Shown here: piece by piece, positions 14,111-26,935 of the stretch
Position numbering within the stretch: position 1 is the stretch's first letter
How the letters are laid out: the number at the start of each line of letters is the position of its first letter
Source of the DNA: Eledone cirrhosa
Taxonomy: Eukaryota
Direction of reading: 5' to 3'
DNA length: 64,000 nt
Assembly: GCA_964016885.1 (NCBI GenBank)
Contig: CAXHJY010001225.1
Location: 38,332-102,331, forward strand
Program-made: the position numbers and the translations under genes
Notes under the pieces: generated by a model
The model's input: the letters and a program-made list of their open reading frames with translations, nothing else
Told to the model about the DNA's origin: nothing
The model's database searches: none

Positions 14111-15380
14111 TGTTTCTTTTATTTGCCACCAGGGCATCAAAAGTGGGACAAGTACAAAGGGGGGAGTTTACACAAAAAGGCGTCCTCAATAAGGAGGAGG
14201 CAATAACAAAATATAAAAATAAAATAAAATATAACAAAAAATAAAATTTATAACAAAATCCTCAATAGAGAGGAGGCGCCTTGGGGGTCGCACACACCCC
14301 CGAAAAAAGTGTGCAACCCTTTTCCTCAGGAGCACAGAGAGGGGGTGCTCCCTCGTTCCTTCCTCTTTTCCACCTACAGGCTTATGTAAAGTGAAGGCCC
14401 ATTCACACGGGCCATTCTCGCCACTTTCACCCACCTTTCATAAAAACGACTGGGGTGGAGCACCTCTCTCTCCATCCTGATCCTTCTTCCGAAATGATAT
14501 CGGAAGAAACGGACCAGTTGTTGGCCAGAGAGAAAGGTGCCTGACCTCAGTCCTTTCAGACGCGTCCACCATACAACCTCTTTCGCCATGGCTATTACGC
14601 ACAGAAACACCGCCTCTGCTTCATCTTTGAATGGGGGAGGCGGCTTGATCATTACAATAGACTCGGTGGTCAACCGGATCGGTCCCACCCTTGACAGCAG
14701 TTGTTCGACATAGCCCCACAGATCGGCTACGCCCGAGCAGTGTACCAATGCGTGTGCAACGGTTTCCTCGTCGCACACGCATCTAGGACAGATCTTTTTG
14801 GCGGGGTCCCTACCCGGGCGCCCGTGTCTGTAGAGCCTTTCTCGAATGGGTAAAGACCCTCGGTAGCACTGCCAGGCCAGGGACTTCTGGAAGTTGTCCA
14901 TAGGTCCCGGGCTGAATGTCCTACCGAACAGGCTGGCCAGTTCGTCCTCCTCCATGTCTAGGGCTTCTCCGAGGGCGTCGTCGCACCTGCTGCGTACCAG
15001 CCCTCTATAGAATGTTGCGGTGGAGTCTCCACTGATAACCCGATCCGCCTGCCAGAGGGCGGTGAGCGCCTGGGCACACTCAGTGTGCCAGGCGCCCAGT
15101 TTTCTCGGTCTTTGCTTGACCCAGGATTGCAGCTCGGTGAGTGAGACGAGTCTGGGAAAGGTTCGTCTCACAAACGAGGCCCACACCGGTTGACCGGTGA
15201 GGAATACGTAGAGGTGCCGTAGCCTTAATGCGTGTTTACGCATCATTAGCCACGGCATCCCCAGCCCTCCTTTCGAAGGGTGTTGACAGCAGATGGATCT
15301 CCTCACCATAGGAGCCCGCCTCTTCCAAAGGAATTGGAAGAGTGCGCGCTCCATCTTGGTGAGGGTTTCCCTTGGGCATA
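14111..15380 (-). mobile_element. 5'-truncated Tx1/L1-type LINE inserted in a (GATA)n tract
   Basis: ORF 14374-~15380 with GGLGMP, LAWQCYRGSLPIRERL and the CCHC knuckle CPRC...ETVAHALVHC; AATAAA near the 3' end; (AGAT)n/(AGAC)n on both flanks. Confidence 0.85.
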
Positions 15381-15552
15381 GACAGACAGATACGTAGATA
15401 GATACATACATACATGCACATACAAACATACATACATACTTACATACATACATGCATACATACATCAAGAAATTCGTAGATACAAACATATATTCATGCA
15501 AGCATATATATATATATATGTTTGTTTCATTCATTAATTATATTATATATAA

Positions 15553-15617
<65 letters not shown>

Positions 15618-15619
<2 letters not shown>

Positions 15620-15807
15620 AAAGGAATTGTGGCAAGAAACCAGATGGACCATAACGCACCAGAATACTCAATACTTAGGGTATTAGAGTAGGAAATAGGA
15701 AAAAGTATGAACCCGACAGCAGAGCTCAAGCCGTTTCGACGGATATTTCAGTCCAGAAATAGCCGTCGAAACGGCTTGAGCTCTGCCGTCGGGGTCATAC
15801 TTTTTCC
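15618..15807. mobile_element. ~190-bp fold-back mini-element (half-HHR family), tail on the left
   Basis: Arms ~15695-15749 and 15756-15810; contains GAAACGGC-ttgagctct-GCCGTC; in (TA)n. Confidence 0.85.
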
Positions 15808-15823
15808 TATATATATATATATA

Positions 15824-15930
15824 TGAAAAATTTGGGGAGAAGAATACTGCATGGTTGCACATGGATTACATGTTATAAAATGAGTCCCTCATCAGTGATT
15901 TGCCAACGATCATTGGTATTTCATCGCATT
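15824..15930 (-). mobile_element. 3' fragment of the ~530-nt non-coding family
   Basis: Highly similar to 51298-51402. Confidence 0.75.
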
Positions 15931-16175
15931 ATATATATATATATATATATATTACATTTATTATTATTACTATATATATATATTACATTTATTATAATTA
16001 CTATATATATATATTACATTTATTATAATTACTATATATACATAGAGAGAGAACGAATGTGGTGCTGAGACAGAGGGGACCACCAATCATTGGTGTAGTC
16101 AATGAGTGGGGAACTGCAGGGCGGGTATGATATATGTAAAATTCCCAACCACGGCGCCAAGCGATCGGAAATTTA

Positions 16176-16266
<91 letters not shown>

Positions 16267-16437
16267 GGAAAATGTTTAACCCCGACGGCAGAGCTCACGC
16301 CGTTTCGACGGCTATGAGAAATAGCCGTCGAAACGGCTTGAGCTCTGCCGTCGGGGTTAAACATTTTCCTATTACCCACTCTACTACCTACTCTGTATGC
16401 GTTATGGTCCATCTGGTTCCTTACCACACTTCCTTCA
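16267..16437. mobile_element. Fold-back mini-element (half-HHR family), tail on the right
   Basis: Arms ~16264-16313 and ~16320-16371; same GAAACGGC...GCCGTC motif. Confidence 0.85.
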
Positions 16438-16454
16438 TTATATATATATATATA

Positions 16455-16544
16455 GTTATACTTGGGGAGGGTCATATTTGTGTAATATTGCCAGAATTAA
16501 TATTTGTTTCGACACACGATTTCATATAAAAAATCTCGCTAAAC
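16455..16544. mobile_element. 90-bp inverted-junction fragment of the Nematis-like PLE terminus
   Basis: 16455-16502 matches 28593-28640; 16499-16544 matches the reverse complement of 28547-28592; AATA microhomology at the junction. Confidence 0.85.
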
Positions 16545-16563
16545 TATACACATATATATATAC

Positions 16564-16606
<43 letters not shown>

Positions 16607-16655
16607 AATATATATATACATATATATACATATATATATATATACATATATATAC

Positions 16656-16708
<53 letters not shown>

Positions 16709-16757
16709 TATATATATATATAATATAAGATCAAAAGATGGTTAAAAGAGTTCCAAG

Positions 16758-16828
16758 TATTTTATTATGCGCATTTCAAAAACAAATATCATCCTGGGAT
16801 GATATCTGCGTTTTCATCAGATAAAATA
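16758..16828 (-). ncRNA. Type I hammerhead ribozyme in a solo ~190-bp insertion (16730-16920)
   Basis: tattttat-CTGATGA-aaacgcagatatcatcc-c-aggatgatatttgttttt-GAAA-tgcgca-TA-ataaaata. Confidence 0.9.
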
Positions 16829-16919
16829 GGGAAACATGACATGAAGCTTAAAAAACACTTGTGAATAGTAAAGTTTTAAATCAACATTGCTTTATTGTGC
16901 GACAATAAAACTCACCTCC

Positions 16920-17001
<82 letters not shown>

Positions 17002-17129
17002 AGATGGAACTGCGGCTCCAGAGGGGGGGGGGGGACATGGTTCCCTCAAAAACTATATTTTTCTCCCCAAACTAACATTACGCAAATTTATTCATTTATT
17101 TGCTATGCGCTACATTTTATGTCGAGACA

Positions 17130-17720
17130 GATGGGGGATAGATATAGATATAGAGCGGGGGAGAATTTAGTGATAAGGAATAGAGTGGGAGGATTGATAG
17201 AGATAGGTATTGATAGATATAGAAACGGGCAGATGTTGGTAGTCATGGGATAAAGTGAGATGGAATGATGAAGAGTTTCGTATGGCAGATATATAGAGGG
17301 GGATGTTTGGTGGTAATTGATATAGAGAAGGGTGTGGAAAGTGTGTTGTATATTAGATATGGAGAGGGGGAGAGATTGATGTTTATTGATATAGAGAGGG
17401 GGATATTTTGGTTTTAATTGATATAGAGAGTGTGAATGGAAGAGAGTTCCATATAGTAGATGTAGAGAGGGGTGTAGTTTAGTGTTAATTCATATAGAGA
17501 GGTGTATTAAAAGTGCATTGGAAGAGGTGTATTAGAAAAGGAGGAAAGGGAGAGTATCGTGTAGTAGATATAGATAGAGTAGGAGTGTGCGTTAGTCTGA
17601 GAGATAGAGAGTGGGATAAGAGAGGCGGTTCATTGTATATATAGAGAGGGGTAAAGTTTGGTTTTAGTGGATACAGAGAGGGGGATTAAAAGAGAGTTTT
17701 GTGTGATAGACATCGAGATT
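17130..17720. repeat. Degenerate purine-rich tandem repeat (atatagagaggg motif)
   Basis: Recurrent gatatagaga(g)gg at irregular ~35-nt spacing. Confidence 0.5.
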
Positions 17721-18137
17721 AGAAGAATTTCGTGGCACGCTCAGGTCCCAAATAATAGGAGGGGTGGCAATAATGGGATGGGGGTTGGGGTTCTTGAGAA
17801 ATCAGTTATTGTATAGTGTACGTTCGTAAATATGGGAATTCTTGAAATGTTCTTTTGTCATACATAATATTTTTAATGTAAAATAAAATGTATATATACA
17901 AGATGAATAAATTGGATATAATACCAGTTTCTTACCAAATGCGAAGAAGCTCGATATATTAACACCTTAGGAAAGGGCACAGAGCATAATGTATTCTTTA
18001 ATTATATATATACAGTGACGGTAGAATTGAGGTAGGGGGAGGGGGGGGGGGGGGGGCATGCCTTCCTCCAATAATTAGATTTTCTCCCCAAACTATTAAG
18101 ACACACATATATTTGAATATGCTGTACAGTGTATGTA

Positions 18138-18285
18138 CCGTATTTCCTGGAGCCGAAGACGCACCCTAATTTTGACAACCAAAAATTTGAAAAAAATTAT
18201 AAACAACCATCGGCCTCCAGGACGCATGGTAGATTTTTGACATTTATTTTAGGAAAAAAAGTAGTGTCTTCGCCGGGAAATACGG
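18138..18285. mobile_element. Tc2/pogo-type MITE
   Basis: TA-ccgtatttcctgg ... ccgggaaatacgg-TA terminal inverted repeats. Confidence 0.75.
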
Positions 18286-18601
18286 TATATGTTATGTTTA
18301 TCACATATCGAAGTTTTCTCACCATTTTAGAGTGCAAAGAGTTAAACTAATCACTACAACTAAATTGCCCCCCCCATATTCAGAAATGTTTCCAGCGCCC
18401 ATGGAATATATGTATATATGCTGGGGTGCGTATCCATCTGTTTACGTGTGGCGCTACTGTGGAGGGACGTGTGCGCTTACTTATGGTTGTGTCATTAGGA
18501 AGTCTGCATCAAAACAAGGACTTCAGAAGAAATGGCTTAAACCTATATACTCTACTGCCTTGTGTACCTTACTTACTGTAGTTACTCCATTGAACCCAGG
18601 A

Positions 18602-18658
<57 letters not shown>

Positions 18659-18659
18659 A

Positions 18660-18711
<52 letters not shown>

Positions 18712-18799
18712 GTACATATATACACTAATAAGCCTACGCGTAGATTAGGGACAGAAATCACAGTATTTAGTAAATATAAACTGAAGAAAATGATATTAC

Positions 18800-19150
18800 T
18801 ATTAGGCACACGGCTAGACAACAGCAACCGACCAAAAGTGAAGCAGTAGTAAGTTGGTTTAGAAAGGTGAAAATAAGAATCAACTCAAATTCCCCCACTT
18901 CGATATCTATATCCCTGATAGACGTTACTAGAACATACGTCGGACAAACATGGTATTTACTCTTCTGAAAAGTCTCAGCATAGTTAGAATCGATCCTTCA
19001 CTTTAGGCTTATATGATGTTAGTATTGGAACTTTTGGCAACGTGGACATTTAAGATTCGGCTAGCCTATATATACTGGACCAATTTAAGTGTAAGTTTTC
19101 AAATTTTAGCGTAGACCTATACCGAGATGACTGTTAGCGCTAACTCGCCA
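18800..19150 (+). pseudogene. Old Hydra-like PLE RT remnant
   Basis: Broken frames give VVSWFRKV, FDI, YDVSIGTF and VDLYRDDC, colinear with the 5472 ORF. Confidence 0.55.
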
Positions 19151-20452
19151 TGAAGTTGACCAAAGTTTAGTTCCTTCTCTATAATCCTTGTAACATCCTT
19201 TAAAGAGAATTTTAATAATATATTTCAGCAATGAGCATGCTGGGTAAATAGATATAAGCACTGGAACAATACTTGACTATCTGGACTAAATTCAAAACTA
19301 CGTGCCACACAAAACCAGAAAAATCTAGAGTTCATTACTTTTACTCAACAGAAACGATGCATTTCTTTATGGCATCGGGACGTGCAATGAAATGTGTATG
19401 CTGCTCAGCAACCGGTAGTGCTCAGTACAGTGTTTGAACCGAGAAGAATCTCCTACGCACTTTCCAAGTTCGTCGTTGCACCAAAGGAAAGTGATGTGAT
19501 TGTTTGATGGCCCGCAGCCGGATTAATCCACTACTGCTTTTCTGAAATCCGGTAAAATAATCTCAACAGTGACGTATTTTTTACTAAATCGATGAAATAC
19601 ATTAAAAGACTCAGCGTATGTATCCAGAATTGGTCACAAGAACAGGTGCAGTCCTCTATCACGATAACGCTAAGCTATGTATCACAAAATCATCACTTTA
19701 GAAGTTGAACGAATTGAGCTACGAAACTGTCTAAACCAACGTATTCGCCGGAGCATTTTGTCAAACGGCTACACATTCTTCCAAGGAAAAGGCTTCAAAA
19801 AACAAACGCACGCAAAAAGGCCTTCGGAGAATTTCCCACATTCAGGGCTTTAGCATAAAATATTACCAGAATATATAGACTTGTGCCTTGTTGTTACAAA
19901 CATGTATCTTCTAATGTTTTCTATTTTGGACAATAAATTTTATTCTGGATTGAGATATGAAGTTTTAAAATTATTGTTTAAAAACCTGTATTAATTTCGG
20001 AACCACACGTATTAAAATAATTTCGGATACTGAAAAAGATGATTGTGGTAGTGGTAGTGATGGTATCGTTGCTGCTGTCGATAGTGGTGGTGATGGTATT
20101 ATGGTGGTAAGTTTGTTAGCCGTAGTGGTGGTTATTGTTGTAATAAAAGTCATGGTAATAATCATGATTAAAATGTTAGCGTATAGGTTATGTTTGTGTT
20201 GCTGTTGCCGTCGTAACAGTGGCAGCAGTTGTAAGACGACATCTGGAGGTCTAGTATATGGGTTAAAATCACCTGCTGTTTGCTGTCCTGACTCTAGTTA
20301 CCTGAGATAACTTTTGTTTGTCCCAGCGTGCTCCTCTCGATTTTGCCACATTTTTTCTACACACAAACAGACATATTCACACGTACATACACACAGAGAT
20401 ATATTATGTGTGTATGTGTATACATGTATAGATAAGTATGCACACACACACA

Positions 20453-20496
<44 letters not shown>

Positions 20497-20557
20497 TATG
20501 TATGTATGTACACATATATGTACACATACATGAACATAAAACATGTACAAAGACACG

Positions 20558-20601
<44 letters not shown>

Positions 20602-21249
20602 TGTATACGTATGCAAACACAAACACACACACACACACATATATATATCTGTGTGTGTGTGTGAGTCTTTGTATGTATATGCTTTGTGTGTATTTGTTTC
20701 TCCTTTTGTTTGTATGTGTTTGTATGTGTTTGTTTGTGTATAGTTACCTACACAGAAACACTAAGACTAAATGCAAAACCTATATTGAATATATAGAAAC
20801 AAAATGCTAGTTCAGATCAGACGAATATACAGAGTTTCATGTCCCTATCTTTACAAAGGTACAGTACAGCTGGTGGAATAATATTTCTGTAGGTCAGAGT
20901 TACTCAGCAGGTTTTGGCGCATAATTGACCCTCTCCCCACGTACCAATTGTGATTTGTGCACTGGATACTTTTCTGTGGACCTCCAGCTTTTAGCATGAA
21001 TTGTACACATACGAAACACATATATATCCATTCATGTATATACGCATACACACATATATTCACATTCATATATGTGTGTGAGTTTGTCTGTCTACTCATA
21101 CAGATACCATTATAGGCACACATGTTAGTAATGGGTACAGAATGAGTCTATGGACTTTGGTGGGTGGCTTTTGATAGCTCAGCTACTTTAAAAGAATGAA
21201 CATAATTTCATGATGGCACTTAGAGATTAATTTTTTGTTGTAGCTGTCT

Positions 21250-21960
21250 GTCATTGTGGTGCAGATGAAATATCTAACATTATCACAATGGATGGCATTG
21301 GGCTGGCGATTCGTTTAGAACGCGGGACAAAATGTTTAATCTGTCGAAATATAGATCTAGACATATCTAAGACGAATAAACCAATTGAATCACTAGTACC
21401 ATCTCTGTGAAATCAAACCAATGGGACATCACAGAAGGCCATCACTGAAGTTTCTTGAATGCATGATTATATCTACATCACAGTTGACACAATGACAATA
21501 AATCATTCTAAATTCTAAGTCTTTAGTAAGAAGGAATTTGAAGATTTATGGATATAATTCGAAAATATCGAACCGGGTGAATTTACAAATACTTTCATGA
21601 CTAATAATGTTGAGCAGGTTTACTCTGCTGTTATTAGAGGTATTCATAATTGTGTCATTTACGTGATCTTATATATGTTTGCTAATTTATTCAACCCAAG
21701 TTTAGCAGGATTAACTTGCATTATGAGGTCATGGCGAGATTCTCCTTGAAATAATTAACGATTACGTATAATATACGTTTGGTTAAAGACTTCACATTCT
21801 TATCAGGTTTAAGTGTCGTGAATGTTTACGCTTCGTGGTTAATGGTATCGTAGGCATTTGTGTTATCTTTCTCGTATTTTTGTATGATATTGTTCATTAA
21901 GAGTTTAGCAGATGTGTCCTTGTCTAGTTTGTACAGGATTTTATTTTATCTTATCTGAAA
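21250..21960 (-). pseudogene. Old Hydra-like PLE RT remnant
   Basis: Minus-strand fragments NPAKLG, CKFTRFDI, DIIMHSR, CDVP. Confidence 0.45.
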
Positions 21961-22041
21961 AATGTGAAGATTGAGTTAGAGTACTTAATGGTCGTGTTGT
22001 CAGACAATGATATATAAGCACTCAGACACACAAACACTTAT

Positions 22042-22125
<84 letters not shown>

Positions 22126-22145
22126 ACACACACACACACACACAT

Positions 22146-22181
<36 letters not shown>

Positions 22182-22479
22182 AACATGTATAATATTTATT
22201 AGGGTTTTCTTTACGACCAAAGTCTATACTGCCGAATATGGAGCAACACGATTTAAGGTAAACGGCCAAAATACCCATACGAAATCTATTAAGATCAATA
22301 TGAAGCACACATTGGAGAAGAGAGATGATACAGTTAGACATATGTGAAGGAAAGGCTTTCCATATCTTGACTAAAATTGCGTTGTCTCTCTTACCTCTTC
22401 GGTATTAAGACATGCAAGGACTAAAAGCCATGTGAATTCAAACATCAAGGGCTAAAATTTATCATGGGTGTTTGCCAAT

Positions 22480-22985
22480 ACAGACTTCTACCCACTCATA
22501 CAGACTTCTACCCTACCGCGTAGAAGTCTGTATGAGTAGATCGAGAAGTTTAAGAGTGGTCGGACAAGCGTGATGCACGAAGAAGGAGCAGGACATCTGT
22601 CAACCTCCACCATTGACGAGAAGATTCAGCAAGCCCGACAGATGGTAATGGCAAACCGGCGAGTTATCATCGATGAGGTAGCATGTTCTCTGCAGATTAT
22701 TTATGGTGCTGCCTATCAAATCATCAACGACGAGCCCGGTTTCCATAAAGTCTGTCGGAAATGGGTGGAAAGAGAGTCAACGGTAGAGCTAAAGCGCAAA
22801 CGAATTGAGGTCTGCCAATGGTTCTTTCACCACTACAACTGTCGCCGTTTTGTGTTAAAAGCCTCCGATGATTTACAGCCACTGACACTTTCCAATCAGA
22901 GAAATCGGATCACTGCTCTTTGGTCCTGCATGCTGCACACGGCTAGCGGAGCAGCCATGTTTACACTGTAACAGCAGCAAGAAAA
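22480..22985. mobile_element. Mariner transposase N-terminal fragment with an internal inversion
   Basis: Plus strand 22520-22835: KFKSGRTSV..G..STS..RRVIIDEVA..GFHKVCRKWV (WVP-like); minus strand 22835-22960: QDQRAVIRFL..HRRLL. Confidence 0.75.
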
Positions 22986-23292
22986 CTGGAACAATCAAAA
23001 ACAATAATAATGATATTGATAATAATCGTTATAATTATCATCACCTTCAACATCGATTATAATAATAATACTGATGGTGAACCAATCAGGAAAATTTGTG
23101 AAACCGGTAAAGTTAAAAATGATTGCAAATAAAGACTTCAATGGAAGACTCCAATTGCATTTATGTATATATGTGTGTGTGTATATATATATATATATTG
23201 TCACTGCCTCTGTCTTCATATATATATGAGGGCAGAGGCAGTGACAAACCTAACCTAAAGATATGTTATGACAAAAGCGTTGCCATAACCTT

Positions 23293-23471
<179 letters not shown>

Positions 23472-23542
23472 CTGTCGTGTAGCGCTGATCATCGATACCT
23501 AATATCGATTTACTAAATAACAGAAGCTATGACATATAAGAA

Positions 23543-23648
<106 letters not shown>

Positions 23649-24223
23649 GTGTGTGTGTATATATGCCTGAAAGCATATGACTCTATTACATTTCGATTTC
23701 AGATCTCCTTTCCAATATGAAATCTGGGATTAATTAGATTATGTCTTTTTAAAGATTACTATATTTAAATGAGTAAATCATATAATAGAAAAAAAGCGAA
23801 ATGCGTTAGAAATGAATGTAAAACCTGTTCAACTGAACCGTGGGAAAGAGGAAAAGGTGCAATTTCTATAGATGTGTTACAGTACTATTCAGACTAATTA
23901 AAATCATGTCCCCTCAGGTCATTTTATGGTGAATTAATATTTCTTCCCTGTTGTATTTTGCTTCAGAGAACCATAGGTGTCGTATTGGTCTGTCAGCATT
24001 CTATTTCTCTGCAAGAGATTATTCTCTAACAATTTCCCTTTTTATTGTGGCAAGATGTTCTCGCCGTTTTAAGTAAGTTCTACATCAATCAGCCAGTCGG
24101 ACTATTTTGAATGTTATTGTTACAGTAGCATAGATAGAACCGTTGTAAAAAAAGGAAATTTAACAAATAGTTACGGAGGTCGAAAAAGTTGTATTTGAAG
24201 ATATTGGGCTATAAGTGAAGATA

Positions 24224-24312
<89 letters not shown>

Positions 24313-24313
<1 letters not shown>

Positions 24314-25025
24314 GATAAAGAACACAAGAGCGTCTACAACATCAAAATATTTTTATTGGCTTACAATGTTTCTTCCTTACGTAACCGTAGGATTCGTCAG
24401 AGCTATAAAAGGGCTTTGATTGGTGTTATGGACCAACCAAACATTCAAGAACAAAGAGTAAAGAGAGTAAAGAGCAAAAGTAGGGGACGATAAGTCTAAT
24501 TTTGGTGCGGGAGGGCGGGGTGTGGGTCCTTGTTTACTAGCTGCGGTCATATTCATTCCCGGGAGTCGAGTGGTTAGCTGAACCATAGATGGGGTGGCGT
24601 CGATAGTATGGTGCAGGGGGTGTGCAGAGGCTACACAAACACAAAGGGCATACAATATATATATATAACGGAGGAGAAAGTACATGAGGTAATTAGAAAT
24701 GGAAAAAGAGTAATAATAATAATCTATAATTAATAATGTATAATAAGGCATGGGGAAGATTACACTATAATAAGGTATGAAAGTAAGAATAAGGTAAAAT
24801 ATAAAGTAGGATAAAAGTGAAAATAAGAATAAAGATAAAAAATATATATATAAAAAAATATATAGAGAATATGTAAAGAAATATAAGCGAGTATTTGGAG
24901 GGGAAAACAATGTAAAAAACCGATTTTTTCAAATAAAAATAAAAATATTATAATTATGGGGGGAGAAAACGGGATAGAGAAATATTATCAAATGTGATTA
25001 GTTGAGAGAATATAAGATGATAATA
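24313..25025 (-). mobile_element. PLE pseudo-LTR/3'UTR fragment in (TA)n
   Basis: HHR near the TA-abutting end, followed by skewed non-coding sequence. Confidence 0.6.
24351..24411 (-). ncRNA. Type I hammerhead ribozyme
   Basis: gct-CTGACGA-a-tcctacg-gtta-cgtaagga-a-GAAA-cattg-TA-agc. Confidence 0.85.
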
Positions 25026-25282
25026 GTTATATATATATATATATATTGAAAATTGCAAACTAGACTGTCACCACAGAATTTGAACCTGAAGATTGCGAAA
25101 GCATGAAAGTACTTGTTCAATTAACACTTAACATTTAATATTCTACCAAACTATTTCATTCTAATGCCATTATACATTTTAACGGATTGTAAATAAAACG
25201 AGTAAATCAGACAAAGTTGGAATTCCTTTTATTAATATATATTCTATACACAATCATACACACCCGTGTATATATATATATA

Positions 25283-25570
25283 TGTCTGATTCTTTCCTCA
25301 CGCACACTTTGACCAGGTCGGATGGTCTTTATTCTCTCTCGTCTACGATTTCACAGAACTTATGTTCATTGATTTCAGGGACTTGACTCCTTCTTCCTCA
25401 CTTTTCGTTGCTTTACCATCTTTGATTGTTTACTGTCCGGCTCGTTCCCCTTATTTACGTGTCCCAACGACTTTCTTTAGCCGTTGCTCGCACCAACCGG
25501 AGGTATATAGTCTTTAAAGCGATGAAATACCAATGAAGGTTGGAAGATCACTGATGAAGGACTAAATTTA

Positions 25571-25574
<4 letters not shown>
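25283..25574 (+). mobile_element. Diverged 3' half of the ~530-nt non-coding family
   Basis: Colinear with the reverse complement of 53778-54050; ends ttattca|tata. Confidence 0.7.
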
Positions 25575-25612
<38 letters not shown>

Positions 25613-25750
25613 GAGGGATTCATTTTGAAACTGATTAGACCATTACTCATTAGAATACTCGATACATTAGGTAGTAGAGTACGGTTATATTATAAAGAGT
25701 CAGGGTTTCGAAGGCCGAGCTGTTGTCATATATATATATATATATATAAG

Positions 25751-25811
<61 letters not shown>

Positions 25812-25813
<2 letters not shown>

Positions 25814-26018
25814 GGAGGATGCGATGAAAGGTTCAGAGGCTACTTATGAAAAAATGGTGGTAGAGCAATGAAAGCTTGCATGCATTAATTTCAACTTCCC
25901 ATATTAATAACTGCATTCTTTCTTTCCTGGTACTATGCTGAAAAATATATCTCATTTGATCATTTCATAAGTGTATCTTGGTCTATGTGTCTATGAGCCT
26001 TTCAGCCGACTATCGCAT
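25812..26018. mobile_element. Mariner-type MITE, diverged copy of 190-599 without the SINE
   Basis: Shares ttgcatgcattaatttcaact and degenerate TIRs (tttcagccgactatcg). Confidence 0.55.
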
Positions 26019-26341
26019 ATACATATTCATATAAGAAGCAAAACAGCTAAAGTCTAACAAATGCACAATTGTGCAATGCATGTTATATACATCTAATTGC
26101 AGACATTTTCTACAATGGATTATTTTGAAATATAATTAAAGAAAAATATTGGGAGGTATAGATATAAGGGAACCATGTAATAAAAGCTAGAATGCTAGAT
26201 ACAAACACACACATCTTTGTATACAGAGATACATGTAGACGCACACACGCACACACACACACACACAGACACACACACATATATATATAGATGTGCTTGT
26301 ATTTGCGTATACATATATCTTTATATGCACGTATATATGTA

Positions 26342-26378
<37 letters not shown>

Positions 26379-26935
26379 GCACATATGTATTATTTATTCC
26401 ATTGTATACATACACATATGTATTCATCTTGCCACCAATCCGTCCGTCTATACATACATGCATATATATATCTAAGCAAACGCAAAGAGAGAGAGAGAGA
26501 AATATGGCTGATTAAATTATACAAATCTTGCTAGTTTGAAAGCAATGGAATATTTTTCTTCTTCAAAGACACATGCCAGAATATCTGTTACACTTCATTA
26601 GCACCTTATGTTACATATTTTTGACATCATAGATGGTCTGCAACTAACAACAACCTTTTAAGTTCTTTGATCACTATTATTATTTCTTCCATTACTCTAC
26701 AGAATTTATCTTTCCAAAGCCGTTCCATAATTCGATTTTCCATGGTTAATTCTCTGTATTATAACCAGTTATCTTTTCACTTTGAAACTAACGTGATAAC
26801 AGTCTTTTAGTCACAATTACATGATCATCATTGACAACATTGGATATATTTGCTTAGCTTTGATACATACAAATGAATGTGTATGCCTGTGAATAAACCG
26901 TTCCGTAGATATTTAAGCCCAATTATTAGACTTCG

